NCBI RefSeq assembly: GCF_006345805.1
Contig: NC_042998.1
Span: forward strand, 66,898,001 to 66,962,000
Reading direction: 5' to 3'
Length of the DNA: 64,000 nt
Origin: Octopus sinensis
Lineage: Eukaryota
How positions within the stretch are numbered: the first letter of the stretch is position 1; each line of letters opens with the position of its first letter. The notes beneath the pieces are model-generated. The model did not search any database and was not told the origin of the DNA. It saw only the letters and a list, made by a program, of their open reading frames with translations. The translations under genes were made by a program, and so were the position numbers. This document shows positions 1-13,349 of this stretch, in pieces.

Positions 1-612
1 GCACACAGTTTCTCAGGAATAATGACCTATCAAACCCAACCGCTTGCCCTATGTCTTCATTAATCCTACCCAAGTCCCTCGTTTGTAACTCCGAAACTCA
101 CCTACTATAACACATGACTGACGACGCAAAATCTTCATCACCACTTTCCCTCATACACGCCGTTAAGTAAAGTTAAGCTAGTTTAAATATCGCTGTCTGA
201 TTCACTTCTATGTATAGGTATTGAAACGGAAAGATACAGTTACACTCCAAAATGTAAATTTTTTAAATGAGACTTCGGTGAGAGTTCAATGAGCAATGAA
301 ACAATTTCTTATCAAGAACGAAACAAATGTACACACGAAGAAGAGACCGATTACGTGATCACACGGTCTGCCAGACATACTGAGTAAATCTCTCTCAGAC
401 CACATTTTAACGTCTTAAATTATCAAAGGAGACTTTGTGTGTGTCTATATATATATACATATATAGTCAAGAGATGAGATCCAGAGATTCTCGGTATAGA
501 AAAAAAAAACATTATAGCTCTTAAATGAGTGGAGCTTAGAATCTGATGTCTTTATGTGTAACCACTTCTGCAGGGTAAAGAGTTGCTATAAAAGGAATCC
601 AGCTGAGCAGAA

Positions 613-922
613 ATGGAGGCAATTAAGCAGATAAATAATTTAAATATAACAGCTTCAGGTTTGATGTACATATTTTGTATATGAGACCCAAACTGATGTA
701 TGTAATTTGCTTATGTACATGCGCACACATGCACACACATATACGCAGTGGGGGTGCGCCAATGCGTTAGAAGTTTTTACACTTTGTTTCATATTCTATA
801 TGTACTCTGCAGGATACCCCAACTTTGGATTCATAATATGTAATTGAAATACAATTACACGAAGGAAAACACATGGAGTTCTAAGTGCTCGTGATTTGTC
901 ACGCAATTTAAACATGATTAAC

Positions 923-956
<34 letters not shown>

Positions 957-1131
957 CTCTGTGTGCTCTGTGTGTTTGCGTGTGTGTATCTGTGTTTGTG
1001 CATGTGTGTATGTGTTTGCGTATGTATGTCATTATTCGCTTTTACTTCAAGATTTCTTGTCGATAGAGAAAGAGCCGATTTCTATCCAAGAGGCAAGGTT
1101 CTTTCATTGGAATTTCAACAACGTCAACAGG
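613..1131 (+). other. Candidate three-exon chain of an unidentified gene (613-658, 813-839, 1052-1131)
   Basis: GT-AG boundaries (CAG|GTTTGA; tactctgcag|...|GTAATT; ttttacttcaag|...|GTATGT) join in consistent phases (1,1,0) to give MEAIKQINNLNITAS-G-YPNFGFII-Y-FLSIEKEPISIQEARFFHWNFNNVNR. The third exon has a diverged paralog at 3055-3141. No family recognised. Confidence 0.3.
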
Positions 1132-1293
1132 GTATGTATGAATGTATGTATGAATGTATGTATGTAGGTATGCATGTATGTATGTATGTATGTATGTATG
1201 TATGTATGTATGTATGTATGTATGTATGTATGTATGTATGTATGTATGTATGTATGTATGTATGTATGTATGTATGTATGTATGTATGTATGT
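1132..1293. repeat. (TATG)n microsatellite
   Basis: Near-perfect tetranucleotide array; it generates several of the spurious MYVC/HTYI ORFs. Confidence 0.95.
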
Positions 1294-2142
1294 AGCATGC
1301 ATGTATGTACATGCACGCGGACATATACAGATAACGATCTTGTCATCAGCTGGGATGTTCTTTAGCCTTCATCTCCTCAATCAGAGTTGTTGGGGAGTTA
1401 AATAAGATCCAATGTGGTAGCCAACAACAATATCAACAAAACTGAAATCTCTAGTCAACGTGTAATAAAAAAAAAAGAGAGGAAAGACTTGCGAAGGAAG
1501 TAATGTAAAACAATTGATTATATGGTAATATGGCGCCGTAATGAGTTTCTCAAGGAATAGGATCCGTTAAATATTCCATGTTCCAGTTCCCTTATTAATG
1601 TAGCAATTCCCTATTCCACTTCAAACTAACGCACTCACATGCAATCATTTACACTTACACAACCCCATCTTTCTTTTTCCTTCACTCTCCTTCACACTCT
1701 CTCGTCTCTTTCTCTGTATGCGTATATATATATATATATATATTATATATAGAGGGCATTATTATACATACATGCCACACGCTAAGAGGGACAAAATTAG
1801 TCATTTCTACCAAAAATTTTACTAATCCAACCGAATGCAATTTTTCAAAGTAAGACATTTAAAAATATAGACTTGTATCACCTGTGATTTCATACCTCTG
1901 TATTCATCAGCAAGCCTGGACGTATCATAAATAAACGACCCTACCTCGTCTAAGCCGAGCAGCTAACTGATCAACATCAACGAAGCACATGGGTGAGTTT
2001 ACATATATTACATCCGGTAAATGGCAGACTTTTACGAATTGCATTTCGGGAAAGAAAAGTGTTTTCGGAATAAAAATTTAGCAATATATAAAACTATCAC
2101 AATACATATACACACACACACATACATACATACATATATATA

Positions 2143-2184
<42 letters not shown>

Positions 2185-2357
2185 ATATATATATACACCT
2201 CTCTTTCACCTCTTCTCCTTTCTATTTGTATAAAAACCAAGGAACTTCCTATAAAATTTATTTTATTTTGAAAAATCCTCGTGAAAAGATGAAAGCGCTA
2301 ATAAAGAATTATCAAAAATACTTCCTGCTTCCCATTTCTTAATATATATATATATAT

Positions 2358-2394
<37 letters not shown>

Positions 2395-3054
2395 ATTACT
2401 ACCCTTCTAGGCATTCTAAGTTACTGAACATTTGCTTGATGCATATAGTTTGTTTGAAACACATGATAGCGAAGAAACATTATTATCTGATATGGCAGAA
2501 TCATTAGCGCATCAGAAAAATGCCTTGCCTAATTTGATAGATTTTACTTTATATTTTTCCGATATCTATAAAATAGCGTACCAGGCATGCACTGGGGTAT
2601 ATGTAATCGACAATGTTTCTCCCTCAAATCGTTGACCTCATGCATAAATATGAAATAATCTTTTCTTTACTACATAATAATATGGTCAATGTAAAAAAAC
2701 AGCAATCGCATTACTGTTCATGAAACTACTGATAATATATATTATGTGTACATATATAGTAGAATAAAACTGAAAGAAAAAAAATAACACAGGGACGGTT
2801 ACATGGAGATGATGCTGAGAATTTATCATAAATATTCAACATGAAGATTGGATATTGTTATAATATAAGAGAAGCGTCAATGATATCAGAGGTCATTGAC
2901 CTCATTATTTTCTGGCAGTGCAGGCACAAAATAGATAAATTATCTCTCTTATTCTGTCAGTATAGTAGAAAGTATGATTTCGATGTTTTCATCTTCAATA
3001 TATCTATCTGGACTTAGATTTGTATGTGTATTTTCATCTGGTTTCAATTTACAA

Positions 3055-3141
3055 ATTATGCTTCGATAAGGAAGAAGTTAGTTTCTTATCCAGAAAGAAG
3101 AAAGCCGGCTCTACCATTGGAATTTCGATAACATCAGAGAG
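3055..3141 (+). pseudogene. Degenerate paralog of the 1052-1131 exon candidate
   Basis: Encodes SIRKKLVS/IQKEESRLYHWNFDNIRE versus SIEKEPISIQEARFFHWNFNNVNR. It carries a 1-nt insertion, the acceptor position reads AA instead of AG, and the donor GT is at the same position. Confidence 0.4.
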
Positions 3142-4594
3142 GTAGTCTTGTGTGCATACTTTCTCGTTGTTGTATTCCGAAATTCTCACCAATGAATAAA
3201 GATCCAGCTTCTAGCCTAAAAACGTGACCTTTTGTTGGAATTGAGACAATACCAACACACTAATTTTATATATATGCACGTAGCTATGCATACATGAATG
3301 CTTCCTTTCCTGTACGCGTGGGCACAAGCATGTACACATGCATTTATATACATGTATATGTATATCAATACATGTGTACAAGGGTGCGGGCAAAGATTTC
3401 ATTCTATACGTGAATTTTATTACATGGTGAACTTCTTAAATGTTTTATATAGTTTGACACTTCCTTTGATAGTTTGTTTTTGTAACCTCTTTATACATTT
3501 GTTTTTTTTTTTTTTGGTGAATCCCAGTCTCTCGAGATAGGTACTGTGTAGTCACATAACCAAATACTGTAATAAGTATTGGTGAAAAGCTAAAGCTATA
3601 GACAGGATGGATTAATCACAAATTGAAAATGAATATTTCTTTTTCACAAATATTTAACGTTATGTTGACCTCTGCTGGGCAACAGATTTCAATTCTTGAG
3701 CGTAATTAATTACCTTTCAAGTCCCATATCATCCTGTCTAGTTTGTTAAGCATGGATTTTATTGAACTCTTGACTGGGACATTCTAATACAATTCCTTTA
3801 CATTACATGTGATTATGTACTACACATCACTGTGGCTACATAAATTTGTATACACAGGAATATTCTTCCGAAGAGTTTAATTATATAAATGCATGTATGC
3901 GTATTACTATTCATCTACGCATGTGATACAACATGTTCATAGTTGAGTCGTCGGTAACAAAACCGGTTCCATCCCACCACCGCTAGGCGTAATGATGAGG
4001 CGGGCTGGTAGAATCCTAAAAGGACCCCTAGTCTTAGCTTGGAAATGTGTGTAGAGGTACGACACTCTAATGTAAAAGTGAGGATCATTCAACATGAGGT
4101 CGTTGTTGCGAATGTTGTGCCACCGTAGGGAAACACGTTTTCTATAAAAGGTAAATACAGTTCTGTGCTTGTTTTACTTAATATAATCAATTTCACACAG
4201 AAGAAATTCTTGGAAAACAGACAACGGAAAAGCCTCGTGCGGCCATAGGGAACAATAGAACATTCCAACATTGACCATCAGAAAGTATAGAAATGTAAAT
4301 CTGCATGGGGTCGGTTTGAGATATTGGTCGTTTCTTTTTCAAATTATGGCGATAGAGGGAGTCTGCAGCCCGTAGATTAACCAGGCAAACCTTTCTGGAA
4401 GTAGCACTGCTTACATGTTATTACGAAGAATATAGAAAAGGTAGTCTAAACAAACCCTGCCTAATTTGAAAACTGGTAATCAGCACCACGACGAATGGCG
4501 ATTGCTTTCTCTTATCAAGCTTCTTTGACGACAACCAAGAAACAACGTTCCAAGAAGTAGACATACTCGGAAAAAAATGACTTCCACCACGCAC

Positions 4595-4629
<35 letters not shown>

Positions 4630-7030
4630 AACAAACACAAATACATACACACACAAACACATACATGCGGACATATACACATACGTTTAATTGATTTCAG
4701 ATGATCAATTTGATTTACACAATATTGCTTTCTTGATATCCAATCTGTTATTTGGAAATTATAAACGTGCACGCATAGAGGAAGGCATGATCCAATTTGT
4801 AATGCCTATTAAACGAGAGGGTGCTAAAGAAACCGTAGTTTAGCAGTGAACTGGATTCGCTGAAATGAATTATTCTCGTATGTCCTGGTATTGAGTAACT
4901 TTACTCAAGTTCGCTATAACTAACGACGACCACACACACAAACGCACACACACACACACACACAGACACACACATGTGAATATGTGTATGGGTGTGTCCG
5001 TTAATATAAAAATTTATATATGACAATCAAACTCCAGTTTAGTCGAGTTTTCACAATTTTTATTCATTCTAATTTCTGTATTTACTGAAGTACTTTCATG
5101 TTTTTACAATTCCCACAGTAATTTTTTATAAAGAGTTATATTTGCGTAAATATTTACATTGCAATTATAGCTAGGTGAATATTTAAATGAATATTTACAT
5201 TTGTCTACTAACAGTGACTACGACCGTCTGGCTTTATTGTATTGTCAAAGGTAAATAATGCTTACAATATTACACTAGTCTTGAGTGAATATTTTCAAAC
5301 GAAACCAAAATTCATATCAACATTACGATCAATTCACATCTACTTTCAAATACTCAATGACTCTCATTTCATTTGCTCTTTTTAAAGCTTCGTTTGTGTT
5401 ATAAATTTTATTGAGAACATTAAGAATTATTTTTGCAGCTGGTTTCTATATGAATACTTAAAATGTTGCGCTTTTCATGTATGTTCTTAATCTGGGGCTA
5501 TTGCAGAGCGTTGGCTTGTGTGTCTCAATGACCCTGGGAGTTATACCAACACGGTACAAGCTCCTAGTAGGGCCTCAAATGTTGAACATATCAAAAGGTG
5601 GAGGCAAGATTAGTATCAAGTACCACTTCTTAGAGGTAAAAATAGGGTTGCTTAGGGCCAAATAACCCTACCTAACAAAAAAAAGTTACGGAAGCATCGG
5701 TGACAGTTCAAAACTAACAAAACCTGGGAGAGGAAAAAACGGAACAGATGAGAAAAGTTATACCCTATGCCATATAGGGATCGGAGGGCTTAAGTAAGCA
5801 ATCTGAAAACGGTGTTTTCTGATGTATGGTAATAATGAATTTTCAGTCCATCAAATATATATTCTTCGACAATTCAGGCATTTATTACAGTATATTGCGT
5901 TGATGCCCTTACAGTTTATTTCTGCGTTTGTTAAAATGATTTGCAAGAACCATATTTATCGTTGCAATTAGATACTTTTCATCTTTAGATTACACTTTGC
6001 CAAGGTCAACAGTTTTCAAGGTTTTTGGTGGACTTTTCCTTTCGAAAACGTATTCAATTAGTAATTATATCCTGTAATTCAACAATTACTCTTTAAATTT
6101 TTTAATCTAATTGCGTGATGAGAGACAACACTTGACATAGTTACGTAAAAATATTATTGTCATATGTATAATGGGTCACTGCAAGCGGAACAGGTTGCAA
6201 GGTTTCCGTTCTTCTTTCTTGGGCTACTCAATACCGCATAGGGCTTCATTTCGTATGATTTATACTATTTTATATAAGTGGGGTGAATATTTAATTTGGG
6301 GAGAATTCTTCGAGTCCTGCGAGTTCTACGGTACAAAATCTAGCAAGACAGTTTGGGATGTTAAATTTTATATCTGCTGGAAGACATGATAAAATATCCT
6401 CTGTCGTTTTGATATATATACTTTGTGATATTGATGTTACTTTTAATTACTATTTTGTCACAGAATAGTAATTTAGTAGCACTCTTCTCTTTTTCAACTT
6501 TCAAGGTTTGTTGTAAATTACTCAACCACATTGGAAATTCTAAAATATTTACAAATTGAGTTCAAATTAGAAAGCAGTTATCAAGAAATATTTTACATAA
6601 GTCCACTATACATATCTCCTAAAATCATTACGTAGTTTTTCTCCACTTTTTGGGACACCCAATGTAATCTGTAGACATTTTTTCTAATTGAAAATGAATA
6701 AATAGTTCGCAAAAATAAGACTAAGCGAATATGTTATAAAAATCCAGAGGAAATCTACTGGGCATTCATTCTCAAAGCCTTTTTTTTAAAATCCATTATT
6801 TGATTGCCCTCTTTCCTAAATCATGAAGAGCATACCACATCAAAATTCACTAACTAGGAATAGAGATGAGTTCTTTTAGGTAGATTAGAGATGAAATGAA
6901 TCGGTTTTAGATTAATAGTAATCAAAATGATCACAATAATGTGAATAAAACTGTGTATAAGATTATTTGAACCCACTAGCTTCATAAGTGTGTAAGGAAT
7001 ATTAGGGGGTATGTGTGATAGGGAGGTAGC

Positions 7031-7033
7031 TAG

Positions 7034-7114
<81 letters not shown>

Positions 7115-7129
7115 CAGACAGACAAATAG

Positions 7130-7221
<92 letters not shown>
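7031..7221. repeat. (GATA)n microsatellite
   Basis: Long tetranucleotide array with few interruptions. Confidence 0.95.
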
Positions 7222-7223
<2 letters not shown>

Positions 7224-8156
7224 GTAGGTAGGTAGGTAGGTAGGCAGACAGCAGATGCACAGATATGTGTGAAACAACCAAAAATAAATCACAAAAACAT
7301 TTTTTTATTAATTGTACTAAAGAAAGGAAGTCTGTATATACTTGCGTATATTTGCATGCTCCTCCTAATATGCAGTTCTTTATGTATCATTCAGATCCGT
7401 TATCTATCTATATTTCAACGAATGTATCTATAGATCTGTTTGTTTTTCATTTTATCTGTATTCCTTAATATGTGCTAAATGCAATTATCTAGATTGACAT
7501 CTATATGTGACGGCTAATTAAACAGCATTTAATTGAGCTGTCGTCACACAAACTGACTGCCAATTCTTCACATGTACACAAGGATAGTGAGAGAATACTA
7601 AACTTAAGCATCTCACAAATACAACTTTTACACAGGAGCAAAAACAACTACGCTAACGCACCAAATCATACATGCATAACTATGCAGCCTTCAACAAAAA
7701 TGAGCTGCAGAATAAAGCATTCGCGAAGTAAAGGTATTTAGAAGTAATTCATTTTAGGCTATAAGTATTCTCTCTCTCTCTTTTACTGTCACTCCTCTCT
7801 ATTTTAACATACAACCATGCACCCCCACCCCCCACACACATATATATACGTGTGTGTGTGTGTGTGTTCTTGTGTGCATGTATGTATGTATGTATATATG
7901 TTTGTATGCATGCATGTGTGAGTGTAAGTCTGCACTCACGCGTGTGTGTATGCATTCAGTGTTAATGTTAGGATTGCTAAACAATACCCTATAAGAATTG
8001 ACGAACTTTTGTCCGTAAAATCCCATTATATTCAGTAGACTAACAGTTCATCATAAATGTTCTTTCGACCGTGTACTTTTTGTAGTATATAATGCATTTT
8101 ATTTTTATTTATTGAGTAACTGAACGCCACGCATCTCGATTCTTGTTAACAGTAAG

Positions 8157-8271
<115 letters not shown>

Positions 8272-8321
8272 TATACATATATATACATATATATACATAT
8301 ATAGGGAGTGTTCCCGAAGAA

Positions 8322-8459
8322 AACAAAAGACGAAGACAGGTGCTGTAGAAAACAAACAGATGTATTAGTATAACGCTCGGAAATCGAAAAAGTCTTTTAC
8401 GTTTCGAGCCTACGCTCTCCCACAGAAAGGAACACAGAAAGAAACAAGGAGATAAAAAA

Positions 8460-8460
<1 letters not shown>
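8322..8460 (-). mobile_element. Penelope-like terminal-repeat fragment with degenerate hammerhead-like motif, between (TA)n tracts
   Basis: Minus strand 8393-8429 reads CCTTT-CTGTGGGA-GAGC(GTAG)GCTC-GAAAC-GTA-AAAGA. Stem II is perfect, GAAAC-GTA has a palindromic ACGT, and stem I is CTTT/AAAG. The CUGANGA box is mutated. Confidence 0.55.
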
Positions 8461-8491
<31 letters not shown>

Positions 8492-8512
8492 CACGCACAT
8501 ATACATACATAC

Positions 8513-8548
<36 letters not shown>

Positions 8549-8790
8549 TTTTTGTGTGAGAGAGAGTGTGCGAGTGCGTGCATTGTTCACATCCCTTTAT
8601 TTCTTAAATCCTATACCCTTATTCCTTTTAGGTACTGAGGAAGAGCTTAAGCTCGAAATGTCTTAGATTCTTCTATCTCCTTGAACTACTAAGCTAATAA
8701 GTACACTGCACACAAAATATAATAAGGCTGGTCCTTTGAAATACAGGTTCAATTCATATGAGTGCACAGGAGCAATATGAAATAAATCGT

Positions 8791-8865
8791 CTTACCTAAG
8801 GGAGACAATGCACCGCCGGCAATTGAACTCACGACCTTAAGATAGTTAGCTGAATACCCGTACCT
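8791..8865 (-). mobile_element. tRNA-derived SINE fragment
   Basis: Minus strand contains a B-box-like GGTCGTGAGTTCAATTGCC followed by SINE-body-like sequence. Confidence 0.5.
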
Positions 8866-9949
8866 ATGAACCCACTTGTCTTCACAATAAACCTAGTATC
8901 CATCGTGAAATAAATGAGTGAAAAACACCGGAAGTTAAAGCTCGGTTCTTGATTGATAAAGATTCCTCTATATTATCTCCAGTTCGAAACATACAGCAGT
9001 TTTTGATGAAAATATGCAAGTTACATGCGTGCACGTGTGCATTTGAATGTATGAGTGTGCATTCGTGTGTGTATATGTGTGTCTTTGTTTGTGTGTGTAT
9101 GAGCGAGTTTATGTGTGCGTGTGTGTATATGTGTATGTGTGTTAGTGCGTGTTTGTATGCATACGTGTATCATTTCATACAACAGTTTCCGCGATAGTGA
9201 ACAGTGAAACGTGTAAATATTGTGAAAATTAATCCTGTTACGGACCTGACTTCAATATATAATGAGAGAGAGCATTGTTATTTAATTTGTTTACTCTCTC
9301 CAGATATGTGTAAAAAAATTAGAATATAAAGAGATTTTTTCCTTTTTTTTTCATATAACCAATTTGTTACACATTTTCATTGTTCTCATAGTTTCATTGT
9401 TTGGAAGTATTTTGGTACAAAGTAATTTGGTTTTTAATAAGTTGGCATTCGATCCAGCTAAATTTGAACGGTATTTGTTTCCAGTATTTTTCCTCACAGA
9501 GAAGATTTACGAGTTTGGTATTGACAGAAGTCCTACGAACGACTTGATTATAAATATATGTATTTGTATGTAGATACGCACATGCACGCTTACACTCACA
9601 CACACACATGCACACATTCGGACAGAAACTTATACATAGATACATATACATATATATATGTATCTGTGTGTGTGTGTGAGTGTGTGTGTATTTTGATGTG
9701 ACTGGGAATTCAGCTTAGCTTATTCAAGCAGTTAAAGAATCTGTTTATGGCAAAACTTGGAGTTGCAGTCCTATCGGTATTGAAAATATATTTCATTTCA
9801 TGTAATTCTATGGATTCTCGTCACTAGTAAGTCTTTTGTTGACTCCAACAAATGGATCTACGATATCAAATAATGTGTGCATATACTATTATTGTTGTTA
9901 AACTAGTGCATGCGAATTTCATTACAGGAAATTTATCCTGAGCTGTTAT

Positions 9950-10150
9950 TAAGGCAGCGATCTGGAATAATATTTAGCACGCCGCATTGTATGCTTAGCG
10001 GCATTTAGTCTCTCTTCTCAAATCTTCTGACATCGTCTTCGCCTTTCAGCCCCTAGGTGTCAATAAGATAAGTACCAGTCAAGTACTTGGGTGGATGTAA
10101 TCCACTGTCCCTACCCTCAAAACTGCTGGCCCCTTACCAAAATTCCAAAC
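9950..10150 (+). mobile_element. tRNA-derived SINE (aaggcggcgagctgg... family), diverged
   Basis: Aligns by eye with copies at 38146, 46148 (minus) and 60521; shared core gcctttca...ataagtaccag...gatgtaatcgac. Confidence 0.75.
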
Positions 10151-10239
10151 CATTATATTATTATTGTTTCATTTTTTTCAGTCCCAGACAATTAAATATT
10201 TAAAGGTCCAGACATTTAATATAGGGATCAGTCAGCAAG

Positions 10240-11150
10240 AAGTTCACAAAGGTCCCTGATTTTTTCCTCTCCTGTGCCTTAAATAGACAAGATTTTCTTT
10301 AAAATTCACGCTGTACCAAGAAGTACCTAGGTGTACCAAGAAGTGCTGTATTGTGCATGACTTTTAACCTAGAATAAATTCTGATTTTATTTACAAGAGT
10401 CCTCGAAAGTCACCTATATGCATCCAGCGCTCTCATCACCACTGGGATGACTAAAACATTCTTCATACCCAACAACATTCCAAACTCTTCTTCATTCAGT
10501 CGTTCGTGCTTTCCCACCTTTTCATACATTTCACTCTGCTATCTCCTGGGAGATATCAATAATTTGGGCCTCCTTTTTTCACTAGTTGTCAGCTACTATG
10601 TGTGGCCATTCATGTCTCAAAAATTCTATCACAGTGAATGGTGACGCCCCACAAAAGTTGAAATTTATCATTCTCTTAACACCCAATCTGGTTTCTGTTC
10701 AACTATTTAACTGCTCTAACAAACCCATATTTCTCAGATATCATCCAGTGGATTAATCTAACAAATATTATCAGATCGACTTTTGTACACTCACTCGCTG
10801 TACCAGCTTAGCACATTCTCTTGGAAGATGGTTGACTATTTCCTTTTTTGTCCCAAACATTCTACATCATGGTGAATCTTTAGTTTTTTCGACATGATAT
10901 TTTATGTAGTTACAGCGGGGAGCCTGCTCCTGGGCACTGCACATCAGAGCGTCAGTGCATCCTTTCAGACAACGATTTCTAAGCAACGCCCAAATATCAT
11001 GTCGATGTCTACATTATCTTAAGTGTATTGCCCCCGTGCATCAGTTTGTCTTTCCAATCTTTTTCAAGTTCTTTTTTCACTTCTTCTTGCATTCATTTTG
11101 TTTTACTGTTTCAGCAGATTTCATTGTATCGAGATCTCTTACTCTTCACA
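10240..11150 (-). mobile_element. R4/Dong-type non-LTR retrotransposon fragment 1 (zinc knuckle + restriction-like endonuclease + 3' end)
   Basis: Minus-strand remnants include MHG-Q-Y, A-Q-EQA...NYIKYHV, ECAKLVQ, ENDKFQLLWGVTIHCDRIFE, PHIV...IIDIS, IPVVMRALD and NTALLGT, with many stops and frameshifts. Confidence 0.85.
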
Positions 11151-11156
11151 TGATGT

Positions 11157-11209
<53 letters not shown>

Positions 11210-11228
11210 TTATTATTAATATTATTAT
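11157..11228. repeat. (ACT)n(ATT)n tract forming the tail of R4 fragment 2
   Basis: On the minus strand it reads (TAA)n(TAG)n directly after the 3' UTR of fragment 2. Confidence 0.9.
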
Positions 11229-12045
11229 ACACTCAACACATCAGAATGCTGGAAAAGAAAAGAATACTAACATCGGGTAACAACAAGTAGCGTTAGATGC
11301 CATGAATCACCCTATCGGGTAATGGCAAGTAAACTTAGATGCCAAGAACTCTCCTAAGTATCCTAGTTGTCCCTAATAACACTGTTTTCTGCAGCTGTAC
11401 TAAACTGGGTTTTATACCTATTTCCTCAATCTATGTGTTCAAATCTTTAAGGATAATCTCCAATGTACCTGTAACTACTGGGATACATTTTACCCTCACT
11501 TTCCATAATCTCCGTAACTGAAAGTCTAGGTCCTGTTACTTTGCTATTTTTTTTTGTACAATTATCTCGCACTTTCTATTTTCATTATCTACTAATACCA
11601 AATCAAGCCTTCTAGCTTCTATTACTCTGTGAGTCAGAATGTTAAAGTCTCACAACATCTTGTATTTCTTACTTTCTAGTAATTTACTAAGTTCATGTTC
11701 ATACCATTTATCTGTATGTTCAAATCCTAGCTTTCTACATAGCTCCCACTGGATTACACTCCTTAGATTGTCATGTCTTTTCTGGTATTGTTTCTGTGCC
11801 AGTATGCTAACTTACATTGGAAATATATTTGTTTTTTTGTCAATCTTGGCTTTTATCCAATTTGTCCTTAGTGCTGATCTTGTGCAGTTAGTAACAAACT
11901 TTCTGTCTCCCTCTTCAGCTTTCCTTTCTGCAGCCATAACCATGTCTCACTACTACTATTTACTGCAACTATATTTGGGAATCTACCATGCAATACCTTC
12001 TCCTGCCAATCAGATAACTTCTGTTCATTTTTCTGCTTTTTAAGT
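11229..12045 (-). mobile_element. R4/Dong-type LINE fragment 2 (C-terminus + 3' UTR)
   Basis: Remnants include MHGRFP, ALRTNWIKAKIDK, LAQKQYQKRHDNL...WELCRKLGFEHTDKWYEH and IPVVTGTLE...QLQKTVLLGTTRILRRVLGI*. Confidence 0.9.
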
Positions 12046-12069
12046 TCGTTTGATTTTGTTTGTCCCTCC

Positions 12070-13325
12070 TAAAGGTTACTATATCCGGCAAGTCAAAATC
12101 CCAGAGGAATTTTTACCTTCCTCTTTTCGTTCATTACCTTTCCCGGTGTATGCTGGTATAAAGCAACATAATTCCGACATAGTAGCCTGTGCAGGTTTTA
12201 GGTTACCTTGTCGTGTCAGCGCTTGTACTCTTTCTGCGCAAGACTTTCACAAGCCTGCAATATTAGTCACGCTTTCGACCTTCTTCCCACACATTCGATA
12301 GATGTTCGTTGCAGTTGTGTGGTATATGATTCTGAGCAGCGATGACTAGGCTTTCAGTATTCTTTTTTAGATCACCCTTGCTGAGCCGTCTCCATGATGC
12401 TTCCTAGTCTTTTTAAGTAGTTAGTTTCACGGCGGAAGTAATTATGTACTTACATGCGGACAAGGGTTTCTTCTCTTTCGTTGGCTGCTCTTGATCGGAA
12501 TTCGTGAGCACTCTCAAGTGCATAACTGATAAATCGTTCGGCATTAGCAGCATACTGTAGCAGGTTTTATTTAAATTTACCAAATATTTTGCGCTATTTT
12601 ATGTTTTACTGTTGATGGACCCCTGTACGCTAATTAGCCCACGTCCACCTTTACCCCTCTTCCTGTAGAGCCTGTGAAAATTCGCCTAGGATGGAGGGCA
12701 CCATGCATGGTCATTGTCTTTCAGATAATGCGATCCAGTAGGTTAATCTACGTTTGTGTGCATTTCAGGATGGGTGCATTTTAGCGGACCACAGCAACAG
12801 CTCATATGTTGATGGCAGTCACAAGATTCCCTGAGTTGAATTTTGATTTCAAGAGAAACTTGAGGTGCTTGAAATATTCAATGATGACCTTGTCTTCCAT
12901 TTCTCTGTGCAAGATATTGTCCAGCTCCAGGATTCCGAGGTACTTGTATCCATCATCATCCGGGTCTTCAATTCTCTTTTCTTTTGCCAATTTTATGCCC
13001 TTACAATCTGATCTTTCCCTCAGTTTATAGTGCGCGTTGACTTTGCGTAACACTATAGAAAGTGGGATCAAAGCTATAACAAATATAAAAGGTAAACAAG
13101 AGTCTCCTTGGAAGATAACACTTCTTATTGTTACCTTGGCTAAGTGCTGGTTGTTACAGAAAAGATGTGACCCAACATAAAGCTCCTTATATGCCGACAG
13201 CTGAATGCTTTACTGAAATGTTTTTTTATGAAAAGGCAGTCATATCAATTAAAAAGGTGTGTTTTTGTCTTAGGTCTTTGAAGACGATGTCTGGTTAGTT
13301 ATCATTTATTTATCTGTCTGTATAT
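12070..13325 (-). mobile_element. R4/Dong-type LINE fragment 3 (RT domain to zinc knuckle, 3'-truncated)
   Basis: Remnants include IFQGDS...FVIALIPLSIVL, YKYLGILELDNILHREMEDKVIIEYFKHLKFLLKSKFNSGNLVTAINI, MHGALHPR, WLSKGDLKKNTESLVIAAQ, YRMCGKKVES, LAQKEYKR-HDKV and KILWDF. Confidence 0.92.
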
Positions 13326-13349
13326 ACCTCATAATCTCATACAATAGAA

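Noticed and set aside
4060-4260. Cys-rich spliced peptide RCCECCATVGKHVFYKR/RNSWKTDNGKASCGHREQ
   Set aside because: There is an in-frame stop just upstream with no acceptor, the intron is only ~50 nt, and no family was recognised.
5480-5790. Possible LINE 5' UTR or repeat fragment
   Set aside because: Composition looks repeat-like, but there is no second copy in the window and no diagnostic motif.
6040-6660. Tc1/mariner remnant with TIR-like ttttgggacaccc at ~6648-6660
   Set aside because: No partner TIR or convincing transposase motif was found.
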